Source: Ktedonobacteraceae bacterium (GTDB lineage: Bacteria > Chloroflexota > Ktedonobacteria > Ktedonobacterales > Ktedonobacteraceae). From it: 61,070 nucleotides of DNA. Below the pieces are notes generated by a model, which saw only the letters and a list, made by a program, of their open reading frames with translations, ran no database searches and was not told where the DNA came from. Below are positions 1-8,992 of the stretch, in pieces (within the stretch, counting starts at the first letter, position 1; every line of letters starts with the position of its first letter). A program made the position numbers and the translations under genes. Where the stretch lies: contig JAFAXQ010000246.1 in the NCBI GenBank assembly GCA_019240835.1, positions 1-61,070 on the forward strand, written 5' to 3'.

Positions 1-121
1 TATGTGATACACTCATTACATCATCAGACATGTTAGGTTACGTATTAGTCTTTTGAGCCAAGTCGAGAGAGGAATTGCCTCTTTTAGATGAAAAAGCAAT
101 AGTTGGCCAGGAGGGAGTGCT

Positions 122-322
122 ATGCTAGAGGAAAAAAAAGAAGAGGAACTGCTAACGGTGCGTGAAGTGGCACATCGCCTACGCGTCGATGATACCACCG
201 TACGGCGCTGGATCAAGACAGGTGCTCTTGAGGCTATTACATTGCCTCATCGGGCCAAACGGCAAGCCTATCGCATTAAGAAATCCACGATGGATACGCT
301 GCTCAAGAACTCTCTTCCGTGA
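122..322 (+). CDS. Small excisionase/MerR-like helix-turn-helix DNA-binding protein
   Basis: 66-aa ORF with GGAGGGA Shine-Dalgarno 5 nt upstream. LLTVREVAHRLRVDDTTVRRWIKTGAL fits the excisionase-family HTH pattern. Confidence 0.6.
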   Translation: MLEEKKEEELLTVREVAHRLRVDDTTVRRWIKTGALEAITLPHRAKRQAYRIKKSTMDTLLKNSLP

Positions 323-434
323 CACTTTTCGTCCCGTTGTACGGGATGGGCTTCTGAACATCGGAGGCACAGTGAAAAAAGCGCCGTGTTGAAAGGTGCA
401 GAAGGCCTGCACCCTCTGCATCTTCCAATACGCT

Positions 435-2936
435 TTACTGCTGTAAGCCACTGACAACGCGGGCATACTTCTCGGCGAGAGCTTGCGCTTGCTCATTTGA
501 CACCGATTCGGCTACCACGTGGAAGAATGGACTATCAGCGTCGGGCAACACCAACACCCATTCCTTGCCCAGATCAATCTTAATACCGTCGATGGGCTTG
601 GCACGTCGCTCGTGGTATTGCTCACTTAGGACACGCATCACCTTGCCCTTGTGCTCCCAGGGACAAGCAACACGTGTGGCGCTCATGTAGTATGGCGGTA
701 AGTCGTCTACCACCTCGGAAAGGCGCATCTGGAAGGTTGCTAGCAGTTCCAGCAGCTTAGCAATGGCGAGCATGCCGTCGAAAGCTGGCTGCAGGGAAGG
801 GAAAACGAAACCACCACGGCCGTCGCCAACCAGTACGACTCCCTCTCGCGCCGCCGCCGTCATCAAGGCGTGGGGCAGTACCTTGGTATGTAAGATGTGG
901 CCGTCATGGCGTTTGGCAATGTGTTGTAGCGCACGGGGGGCAGTTACAGGAGCAGCAACAGTACCACCACGGTGCTGGCGCAAGAAGAGGCTTGTCATCA
1001 CAGCCAGCATCTTCACTCCATCAAGGATACGCCCACGGTCATCGACGACAGAGATACTCTCACCGCTCTGATCGATGCGAATACCCATATCGGTGTGTAA
1101 CGCAGAACTGATGGTGGCTAGGCGCTGTTTATCTTTGTCCAGCGCTTCTACTGAGCGTGATGAAAGCTCATCATCTGGGCTGGTATTGAGCACAATGACT
1201 TCACAGCCCAGGCGTTCAAAGATATCCGGCAGTAGTTGTGTCGTGGAGCCATGTGAGTAGTCAACAACGAGTTGGAACTTACGCTTGCGTACAATGTCAT
1301 AATCGACAACCTTGCTAAATCCTTCAAGGTAACGACCCAGCACATCTGAATTCTCCAGAACATCAATGGCACCGATTTCATCCAGATAGACGCGGCGGAA
1401 GTCTTCGCGGAAGAAGAGGCTCTCAATCTTGCGTTCCGTGGTTTTGTTGATGTCTAGCCCTTGCTGGTCAAAGAATTTGATGTCGATGATCCGCTGGTCA
1501 TAGGGCGATACACGCACATGCACGACTCCTGCTGCATCAGTGTTGCGTACGAAATAGCGTGCCACCGGTATAGGAACTTGGTTGATGTCCTGCACGTTGA
1601 TACCAGCCGAAGGCAGACCAGCGTTCACACCACGCTTAATCATGCGCGAGGTGCGATGCGAATCGCGGTTGATGCAGACAATTGAGCCTTTGGGCAAAGT
1701 GGCACCATAGGTCGCGCCAAGCTTGGCGGCAAATTCGGGCGTTAGGTCAATATTCACCAGCCCAGTTACACCGAAGCGGCTGAACAGGCCACGGCGGCCC
1801 TGCGACCCCCAAATGATGCTTGTATTGACTACAGCTCCTGCTTCAATCTCCTTGTCGGGCCAGATTTTGACATTAGGCTGTATGATAGCTCCCTCTTGCA
1901 CGATAGAGTTATCGCCAACCACTGACCCCTCAAACATCACAGCTTTGCTCTTGATGCTGCTTGAGGAACCAACAAGGGCACCCCGCAGCTCTGACCGTTC
2001 ACCAATGTAGGAATTGTTCCAGACAATGCTGCGGTCCACCTGCGCTCGCTCATCGATGACGCTGTAGTAGCCTATCGCACTTGGACCGTGAATGATGGCA
2101 CCAGCCTTGACCTTGCAATCGTGAGCAAGGTAGATGGGGCCGTACAGTTGTGCCTCCTCGGCAATCTCGACCCCTTCTTCGCACCAGATGTTGTCCCCGA
2201 TATTTTTCGCGGGAATCTCAACACGTACGTGCCCCTGCAAGATATCAGCATTGGCGCGCATATACTCGTTGAGGTTGCCCACGTCGCACCAGTAGCCACT
2301 GGGTGCAATGTATCCGTAGATAGGATCGCCCTTCCTGAGCATGTAAGGGAAGAGTTCCTGGCTGAAGTCGAACTGTTTATTGCGCTCGAAATAGCTAAAG
2401 ATTTGCGGGTCAAGCATGTAAATGCCGGTATTGATAGTATCGCTGAAGACCTCTCCCCAGCTCGGCTTCTCTAGAAATTGGGTGATGTGTCCATCTTCAT
2501 TGGTGATGATAACGCCGTACTCAAGTGGATTATGGACATGAGCGAGTAGCAGGGTAGACAGCGCTTTCTTTTCACAGTGGTATTGGATGAACTCAGTGAG
2601 ATTATAGTCGGTGAGGGCATCGCCGCTAATCACGAGAAAAGGCTCGGTGAGGTACTCTTCGGCGTTTTTTACACTGCCAGCAGTTCCCAGTGGCGTGTCT
2701 TCTCGCGCATAGGTAATGTGCATCCCCAACTGCGAGCCATTGCCAAAATAATCTTCAATGTTGCTTGCCAGGTATTGGACGGTCACGATAACCTCAGTGA
2801 TACCATGATATTTCAAGAGATTGAGGATGTGTTCCATTACTGGCTTGCCTGCGATAGGGACCATGGGTTTCGGTCGACGAATCGTGATTGGTCGTAGCCT
2901 TGACCCTTCCCCTCCGGCCATGACAACCGCTTTCAT
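435..2936 (-). CDS. Fusion protein: sugar-1-phosphate nucleotidyltransferase (ManC-like, with hexapeptide-repeat region) plus phosphohexomutase-like C-terminal half
   Basis: [18 protein letters not shown] nucleotidyltransferase loop at the N-terminus, beta-helix-like middle, PGM/PMM-like C-terminal half. The ORF track extends to 3011, but the family-typical start MKAVVMAGG is at 2936 with a GAAGGGG SD. Confidence 0.8.
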   Translation of the reverse strand: MKAVVMAGGEGSRLRPITIRRPKPMVPIAGKPVMEHILNLLKYHGITEVIVTVQYLASNIEDYFGNGSQLGMHITYAREDTPLGTAGSVKNAEEYLTEPFLVISGDALTDYNLTEFIQYHCEKKALSTLLLAHVHNPLEYGVIITNEDGHITQFLEKPSWGEVFSDTINTGIYMLDPQIFSYFERNKQFDFSQELFPYMLRKGDPIYGYIAPSGYWCDVGNLNEYMRANADILQGHVRVEIPAKNIGDNIWCEEGVEIAEEAQLYGPIYLAHDCKVKAGAIIHGPSAIGYYSVIDERAQVDRSIVWNNSYIGERSELRGALVGSSSSIKSKAVMFEGSVVGDNSIVQEGAIIQPNVKIWPDKEIEAGAVVNTSIIWGSQGRRGLFSRFGVTGLVNIDLTPEFAAKLGATYGATLPKGSIVCINRDSHRTSRMIKRGVNAGLPSAGINVQDINQVPIPVARYFVRNTDAAGVVHVRVSPYDQRIIDIKFFDQQGLDINKTTERKIESLFFREDFRRVYLDEIGAIDVLENSDVLGRYLEGFSKVVDYDIVRKRKFQLVVDYSHGSTTQLLPDIFERLGCEVIVLNTSPDDELSSRSVEALDKDKQRLATISSALHTDMGIRIDQSGESISVVDDRGRILDGVKMLAVMTSLFLRQHRGGTVAAPVTAPRALQHIAKRHDGHILHTKVLPHALMTAAAREGVVLVGDGRGGFVFPSLQPAFDGMLAIAKLLELLATFQMRLSEVVDDLPPYYMSATRVACPWEHKGKVMRVLSEQYHERRAKPIDGIKIDLGKEWVLVLPDADSPFFHVVAESVSNEQAQALAEKYARVVSGLQQ

Positions 2937-3092
2937 AACAGCACCCCTTCGTGGTGGCACGCGTGTATCAGTTGGAAGAGATAAATATAAGAACGGCGTA
3001 GCAAAGGCCACGCCGTCCTATCTGCTCTTCATGCACTTCATTGTACAACACGTCTAGCACGTGTCGCAAGAGAAAGTGATGAGCAAGTCAAG

Positions 3093-3284
3093 TTACCAAT
3101 CGCTCAAGCGAGCGTTCTCTACAAGCCAACGCACGAAACGATGAGAGTTTGTCTCTTGTTCTGTTTGTTGCTTCTCGTACTTTTCCTGCAGATCGATGAG
3201 CCGATTGGCTTCCTCTACAGTAAATCCCTTGTCCAGCAGGGCATCAATGAGCAGATCGATGTAGTGCTGATGTTGCATATGCAA
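3093..3284 (-). CDS. Small hypothetical helical protein
   Basis: 63-aa ORF only; no recognisable motif. Confidence 0.3.
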   Translation of the reverse strand: MHMQHQHYIDLLIDALLDKGFTVEEANRLIDLQEKYEKQQTEQETNSHRFVRWLVENARLSDW

Positions 3285-3430
3285 AATTCCTCTAATGCAT
3301 ACTCACGCAACCTTCGCGGGAAAGAGGTTTGGGTTGCGCAACGATACCATCTATTGTATCCTGATACCAGCCTGCTCATTTTCAAACAGGCATTGCGGCA
3401 GTTTCCTCTGGGCTGCCGAAGGTTGAAATA

Positions 3431-3445
3431 CTATACAAAGTATAG
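3431..3445. promoter_or_regulatory. Perfect 6-3-6 palindrome CTATACaaaGTATAG in a divergent intergenic region (candidate operator)
   Basis: Read directly from the sequence. It lies between the divergent genes at 3284(-) and 3703(+). Confidence 0.35.
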
Positions 3446-3702
3446 CAGCTTTTTAAATCTTTTTGCCAGTTCGCTGAAACTCCCTTCATCATTTCTCTTT
3501 ATGGCGGGCTTCCCTTGTACCCTACGATGAGCAAAACGCTGGCTTTGAATTGCTCTGTAGCAAAGAGGTTGCGAAAAATCCGCTAGAAATATAGCAACAA
3601 AAAGTGCAAAAGAATCGTATTACATTATTATTAAGAACGAAATATCAGCCATAGCCTCCTAAGCGCACAAAACATGGCGCTCTACAAAAATGAGGAAGAA
3701 GC

Positions 3703-5316
3703 ATGATTGATCTGGTCGCGCCCATCAAAGAAGTCACTGTTTATAGTGACCGCGCCCTTATTACACGCTGTGGCAGTATCCACTTGCCAGCAGGTGAACA
3801 TAAACTACGTGTCAATACACTTACAGATTTCTTGCGAGACTCGCTACGTGCGGCTGCATATGGGCCGCGGGGAACGCGTATTCTCGACGTCGATGTCACC
3901 ACGGCATTCCATAGTCACTCGCCTGAGCCTGAAACCTTGCAGTTACAGACTGAGCTTGCGGCGCTGCAACGCGACTATCATCTGCTTGAGGTACGCCAGG
4001 AGGCGCTCAATGACCGCCGTAAATGGTTGCGTGCGCTAGGGGATCGCTCCCGAGAGTTTGCCAGAGGTCTTGCCCAGGGGCAGATGAAGCCGCAGGATTG
4101 TGCCGACTTTTTTCGATTTATGACTCAACAGGCGTTACAGGATGCACAAGCAGCTCAGGACTTAGAAGTACAACTTCACCAAGTAAAACAAGACATTGAG
4201 ATGAAGCAGCGACAACTTGCCCACAAGGGAGGTGACTTCCCTTCCGACCGCCTAGCTGCTATCATTACTGTGGAGCTAGCTGAGGCAGGTGTATTTGCGC
4301 TTGACCTCTCCTACTTAGCACTAGATTCCTCTTGGTATCCACAATATGACGTGCGTGTGCAGATGAACGCTGGACAAAGCGAGGGACAGGTTGAATTGAG
4401 CTATGTCAGTATCGTGCGTCAGTATACAGGCGAACCCTGGCAGCAAGTTGCGCTCTCGCTCTCCACAGCACGCCCGAGCCTAGCTGCGGTGCTACCCGAA
4501 CTTGATCCCTGGTATATCAACGTTTACACTCCTCCTTCACCCACGGCTGCAGCCTCCTTTAATCAGGCAAGCACAATACGTACAGCATCGAGAGCTCGTA
4601 CAAGACAATTGAGTGAGGGCCAGGAAGAAAATTATGCTCCTGTAGCGGCTACGCTTGCCCCGGCAAGCGTAGCCACCACTACAAGCGAGCAGACGGGCAC
4701 AGCGCTTGTCTTCCGTGCGGGTCGCTCGGTGGATATTCCATCTGACAATTCTCCCCACAAGAACATCATTGCACTCGATAGTCTGCCCTGTACGTTCGAT
4801 TACGTGAGCGCTCCTGCGCTTGAGGAGCATACACACCTCAGAGCAACAATTACTAACATTACTGAGCGTGTCCTGCTGCATGGTGAGGCGAGCATTTTCC
4901 TAGGTGGTGAATACGTGGGCACGACGCAGATTGAGACTACGGCTCCTACCGAGAAATTCAAGGTCTTCCTAGGTCTGGACGACGGCGTTAAGGTCAAACG
5001 AGAGCTGATCGAGCGTGCCGTCGATAAGGGTGTGTTGTTGCAGAGCGATTTGCGCCGTATCACCTATGCCTATCGCATCACCGTCCACAACTACACAGCT
5101 TCTCTTAAACAGGTCATTATTCGTGACCATCTCCCTGTTTCGCAGCATGAACGTGCTCGCGTTAAAGTGCAAAGCATCCAGCCTCAGCCGACGGAGCGCA
5201 CGAAGCTGGAGTTGCTGACCTGGCAGTTTACTCTGGCTGCCGACGAAGAGCAGAGGATTGAGTATCGATTCCTCGTAGAGCACCCACAAGATCTGCGCCT
5301 CGTTGGGTTACCCTAG
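3703..5316 (+). CDS. DUF4139/DUF4140-family protein (MuiA-like)
   Basis: 537-aa ORF with GAGGAAGAAG SD. The N-terminal pattern V-x-V-Y-x-D-R-A-x-I-T-R and the overall length resemble the DUF4140/DUF4139 family, recalled from memory. Confidence 0.5.
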   Translation: MIDLVAPIKEVTVYSDRALITRCGSIHLPAGEHKLRVNTLTDFLRDSLRAAAYGPRGTRILDVDVTTAFHSHSPEPETLQLQTELAALQRDYHLLEVRQEALNDRRKWLRALGDRSREFARGLAQGQMKPQDCADFFRFMTQQALQDAQAAQDLEVQLHQVKQDIEMKQRQLAHKGGDFPSDRLAAIITVELAEAGVFALDLSYLALDSSWYPQYDVRVQMNAGQSEGQVELSYVSIVRQYTGEPWQQVALSLSTARPSLAAVLPELDPWYINVYTPPSPTAAASFNQASTIRTASRARTRQLSEGQEENYAPVAATLAPASVATTTSEQTGTALVFRAGRSVDIPSDNSPHKNIIALDSLPCTFDYVSAPALEEHTHLRATITNITERVLLHGEASIFLGGEYVGTTQIETTAPTEKFKVFLGLDDGVKVKRELIERAVDKGVLLQSDLRRITYAYRITVHNYTASLKQVIIRDHLPVSQHERARVKVQSIQPQPTERTKLELLTWQFTLAADEEQRIEYRFLVEHPQDLRLVGLP

Positions 5317-5358
5317 TACACATATAGTAGCCCAAAAAGGATATCTCAAACGTTTATT

Positions 5359-5400
5359 TCTGTATTATTCTGTATTATCGCCGTATTATCGCCATATTAG
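5359..5400. repeat. Short tandem direct repeats (TGTATTAT / GTATTATCGCC units) upstream of the vapBC-like pair
   Basis: ttcTGTATTATtcTGTATTATCGCCGTATTATCGCCATATTAg read directly, followed by TTGACA at 5414-5419. Confidence 0.6.
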
Positions 5401-5473
5401 TACGTTATACAAGTTGACAAAGAAGTAATTATAGTGTAAGGTGAAAAAGCCGGCAAAAGACACTGAAGGAAGG

Positions 5474-5836
5474 ATGAGACCCATGACAGCATGGAAAAGG
5501 GAATTTTATGACAAAGATGATCGTATGATGCAAACTCCTAGACGCTCCCGTATTACTTTTGACGTGAGTCCAGAGTTACGGCGTAGGATTAAGATGGCCG
5601 CTGACCAACAAGACCTTTCTATTGGCGAGTACCTTGGACGCATTTTGCAGTCTGTTGTCCCGCAGGAAGCAGAGATGACACGAACTGTACGCCCTGTGAC
5701 GCGCAAAACGCTGGATGCATTTCTGCGTATAAGCCAGGAAATAATGCAAGAACATAAAGAACGGCCTTTCAGTGACTCAACAGAGATCATTCATGAGATG
5801 CGTGAAGAACGTTCAAGGGAGTTAGACCAGTTATGA
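5474..5836 (+). CDS. vapB: Ribbon-helix-helix type II antitoxin (VapB-like)
   Basis: RITFDVSPELRRRIKMAADQQDLSIGEYL is RHH/CopG-like. The stop overlaps the PIN gene start in ATGA. The ATG at 5474 has a GAAGGAAGG SD; the ORF track starts at GTG 5441. Confidence 0.6.
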   Translation: MRPMTAWKREFYDKDDRMMQTPRRSRITFDVSPELRRRIKMAADQQDLSIGEYLGRILQSVVPQEAEMTRTVRPVTRKTLDAFLRISQEIMQEHKERPFSDSTEIIHEMREERSRELDQL

Positions 5837-6276
5837 GTAGTGAGGTAGTTGTTGATGCGAGTTTGGTAATCAAGTGGGTGATTCATGAGCAGGACTCAGG
5901 CAAAGCATTAAACCTGCTGGCGGACTGGACGGCTAAAAATGTTGTCATACACGTGCCTGCTCTACTTGCCTACGAGGTAACTAACCTTCTCTATCGGCGT
6001 ACACTTCGAGGTGAGATAGATTTGCCCAAAGCGAAGGAAATATTCGCCAAGTTGATGACTTCGGAGTTGTCACTCTATTTTTCCCAAGAGGCGTCACTTG
6101 GGTTACAGGCATTGGAATTAGCACATCGCTTTCGTCTACCATCTACCTATGATGCACACTACCTTGCACTTGCGCAGAGCAGAAACTGTGATCTGTGGAC
6201 TGCCGATGCGCGTCTGTGGGCTGCTATACAAGGCCAAGTGACATGGGTACGTTGGCTCGGCGATTACCCTCTTTAA
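5833..6276 (+). CDS. vapC: PIN-domain ribonuclease toxin (VapC-like)
   Basis: N-terminal VVDASLVIKW with acidic residues spaced as in PIN domains. 4-nt overlap with the upstream RHH gene. Confidence 0.7.
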   Translation: MSSEVVVDASLVIKWVIHEQDSGKALNLLADWTAKNVVIHVPALLAYEVTNLLYRRTLRGEIDLPKAKEIFAKLMTSELSLYFSQEASLGLQALELAHRFRLPSTYDAHYLALAQSRNCDLWTADARLWAAIQGQVTWVRWLGDYPL

Positions 6277-6626
6277 ACGCTCACCGTATTCACGATAGAA
6301 GGTAGGATTCACCCTGGTGGATTGCTTTTGGATGTGGGCAGGTTACGCGATCTATGAAGGGTACAAGTGAAAATAACTATGGTATACTAGTATTAGAAAA
6401 CACGACCCTGGCACTTTTGGAGCAAATTGTGAGCCGTCAGAACCACCAAAAGCACTACTGCACCTGTCTATGCGTTCACAGAGGAAGCATGAGTAGCTCA
6501 GCACTCTGTGAACGTTATGGTGTGCTTTGCAACTAGTATCGCTCTTCTCCGCACATCCCTACGCCTGAGCTATCACGACTTTTCCAGGCTTTGCACCTAT
6601 ACAACCTTACCAGGGGGAATCTATTC

Positions 6627-8081
6627 ATGACGACGATACCGATTTACCTACATAATACATTGACCCGTAGCAAAGAACAGTTCCAGCCGCTCAATCCACC
6701 TAGAGTGGGCATCTATTCCTGCGGCCCCACGGTCTATAAAGATATTCATATCGGCAACTTTCGCACCTTTGTCATGACCGACTGGCTGCGCCGCATGCTT
6801 GAGTACAACGGCTATGAGGTCTACCTCGTACGCAATATTACAGATGTCGGACACCTGGAGAATGATGTGGAGGAGAGCGGCGAGGATAAGCTTGAACACG
6901 CGGCACGTATGACAGGTCGCTCAGCCTACGAAGTAGCCGCCTACTACACTGAGCAGTACATGAGAGACTCAGCGGAACTCAACATTCTGCCGCCGCAGCT
7001 TACTCCCAAGGCAACCGATCATATCCCTGAGATGCTGGCGATGACCGAGCGCTTGATTGAGCGTGGCTTAGCCTACGCGGTCAATGGCAACGTCTACTAT
7101 GATGTGAACCGCTTTGCTGATTATGGTGTGCTCTCTGGCAATACGGTCGAGCACCTGCGCGCCGGTGGGCACGGACGCCAGCAGATGGAGGTCGCGGGGG
7201 ATAAGGATGCACCCGAGGATTTCGCGTTGTGGAGGCGGGGCGATGAGAGTCGCCAGATGAACTGGCAGAGTCCCTGGGGCCTGGGTTTCCCCGGCTGGCA
7301 CATTGAGTGCTCAGCGATGGCAACCAAGTACCTGGGCCAACAATTCGACATTCATACGGGTGCCATTGATCTCATCTTTCCCCATCACGAAGATGAGATC
7401 GCGCAGAGCCAGGGGGCCAATGATAAACCTCCCGTGCGCTTCTGGGTGCATGGCGAGTTCCTGGTGCTTGGCAACCGCAAGATGAGGGTTGGCGTGCAGG
7501 CAGACGAGGACGACTCAATAAAGATGTCACGCTCAAAGGGCAATGTTATCCTGGTGAGCACGCTCAAAGAGGAAGGTATCGATCCGATGGCCTACCGCTA
7601 CCTGCTGCTGACGGCTCATTATCGCTCGAAGCTCAACTTTACTGACGAGTCGATCACAGCGGCGCAGAACGCTTTGAACAATCTGCGCGCTGATCTCGCT
7701 GCGCTCCCTACGACTTCGTCACAGGCCGCGTGGTCAGCAGAAGCGCAACAGGTACAGCAAGCCTTTCACAAGGCGATCAACGATGACCTAGACTTGCCTA
7801 CGGCCCTTGTTATTACACGTGACACGGCGCGTAATAACAAGATTGCGCCGCAGGAGCGCCGCCACTTGCTGCTGGACTTCGACCGTATGCTTGGATTGCG
7901 CCTCAACACAGTTGAAGCCAAAGCGCCACGTGTGCTGGGCGACGAGGTGCGTGCCTTGGTGCGGCAGCGCGACGAGGCACGAGCGACACGCAACTGGAAG
8001 TTATCCGATCAGTTGCGTGATCAGATTCAGGCACTCGGCTTTGAGGTTCGCGATACCGCACAGGGCACACAAGTGCTATGA
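6627..8081 (+). CDS. cysS: Cysteine--tRNA ligase
   Basis: HIGN (HIGH) motif, WHIECS zinc/cysteine pocket, KMSRS (KMSKS) loop, C-terminal anticodon-binding region. GGGGGA SD 7 nt before the ATG at 6627. Confidence 0.9.
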   Translation: MTTIPIYLHNTLTRSKEQFQPLNPPRVGIYSCGPTVYKDIHIGNFRTFVMTDWLRRMLEYNGYEVYLVRNITDVGHLENDVEESGEDKLEHAARMTGRSAYEVAAYYTEQYMRDSAELNILPPQLTPKATDHIPEMLAMTERLIERGLAYAVNGNVYYDVNRFADYGVLSGNTVEHLRAGGHGRQQMEVAGDKDAPEDFALWRRGDESRQMNWQSPWGLGFPGWHIECSAMATKYLGQQFDIHTGAIDLIFPHHEDEIAQSQGANDKPPVRFWVHGEFLVLGNRKMRVGVQADEDDSIKMSRSKGNVILVSTLKEEGIDPMAYRYLLLTAHYRSKLNFTDESITAAQNALNNLRADLAALPTTSSQAAWSAEAQQVQQAFHKAINDDLDLPTALVITRDTARNNKIAPQERRHLLLDFDRMLGLRLNTVEAKAPRVLGDEVRALVRQRDEARATRNWKLSDQLRDQIQALGFEVRDTAQGTQVL

Positions 8082-8130
8082 TGGCATAACTCGTCTACGA
8101 TCTGCCTATCCCAGGCGAAACGAGCATTGT

Positions 8131-8496
8131 TTAAGCCGCAACCAGAGCTAGCACGTCCTTGATACTGAACGGTTTGAGTAGGACCATCGCCTGGGTCGCT
8201 TCCACCAAGCGTTGCACGGCAAACTGGCTACTGTCTTCTTGCCTGATCAGCAGCACCAGCCGGACTTGGCTGTACTGCTGCCTGAGCGCTGTCACCAAGT
8301 GAAAGCTTTCAGGTCGATCAGCGCGCAGAGCGACAAAGGCCAGATCAGGCGGTGCTTGCTGGAAGCCTGGGAGCGCCTGGGTCGCGGCTTCGTAGTCGTC
8401 CACCAGCACGACGTGGTGTCCCTCTCGCTCAAGATACATCATGAAGATGGCTTGCAGGGTGGGTGAGGTCTCAAGCACCAGAATGCGCTTGCCCAT
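8131..8496 (-). CDS. Stand-alone receiver-like domain protein (probable pseudo-receiver)
   Basis: CheY-like length and pattern (KRILVLE..., LLKPF), but the phospho-acceptor position reads DLAFVAL rather than D-x-x-x-x-D. Confidence 0.6.
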   Translation of the reverse strand: MGKRILVLETSPTLQAIFMMYLEREGHHVVLVDDYEAATQALPGFQQAPPDLAFVALRADRPESFHLVTALRQQYSQVRLVLLIRQEDSSQFAVQRLVEATQAMVLLKPFSIKDVLALVAA

Positions 8497-8827
8497 GGGG
8501 TCCCTCCTTCCTCTTGGCAGGATAGCCAGACCGCGTGACGCGGCGCACTTCTCTCCCCCAAGGGTCAGTCGTCATGAGTTTTTGCACATCTTGGTACTTG
8601 TCTTGGTCAAGTAGTCGCAGAATGCGCTCTGCCCCTTGCCTCATGCGCTTGAGAATCACCTCATGGCGTGCGGTACCCGAAGCAAGTCCATACAGCCCGA
8701 GCCAGGCGGCTTGTTCCTCTAACGCTTGTTGCTCTCTGAAGCGTGCTATCTCACTAACGATATGGTCAGACACTTTGCTATTCCCTTTCTTGTCGTTTTT
8801 ATGTTCATATGTAGAGTTGACAAACAA
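8471..8827 (-). CDS. Hypothetical protein
   Basis: 118-aa ORF overlapping the downstream receiver-like gene by 26 nt. No recognisable motif. Confidence 0.35.
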   Translation of the reverse strand: MFVNSTYEHKNDKKGNSKVSDHIVSEIARFREQQALEEQAAWLGLYGLASGTARHEVILKRMRQGAERILRLLDQDKYQDVQKLMTTDPWGREVRRVTRSGYPAKRKEGPHGQAHSGA

Positions 8828-8992
8828 CCCTTATCGTGACATACTCACAGCAAGCATGCTAAAGTGTTGTCTAAACTGTAGACGAGTATAGCATTTCCAA
8901 TGCACAACCAGATAAGCGTTTCAGACTCCTCTGCACTTGCGCTTATGTCCAGGCGCTCATCTAGCGGGTATATTTCTTCTTAGCACATATAT

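Noticed and set aside
763-2897. Multiple 60-130-aa ORFs on the plus strand inside the 435..2936 gene. The same pattern occurs inside cysS, ilvB, the SARP gene and the NACHT gene.
   Set aside because: They are antisense or out-of-frame shadows within long genes that carry clear family motifs. They have low-complexity Arg/Ser/Pro-rich translations typical of non-coding frames.
6277-6626. Possible T-box riboswitch in the leader of about 240 nt upstream of cysS. It has an extended -10 TGgTATACT at 6380-6388, a UGC-A that could be a Cys specifier, and an ACGUUA F-box-like string.
   Set aside because: I could not find the conserved T-box core (GGUGGUACC-like) or a convincing antiterminator/terminator or SD-sequestrator pair. 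The matches are short enough to be chance. An Infernal/Rfam scan would decide.
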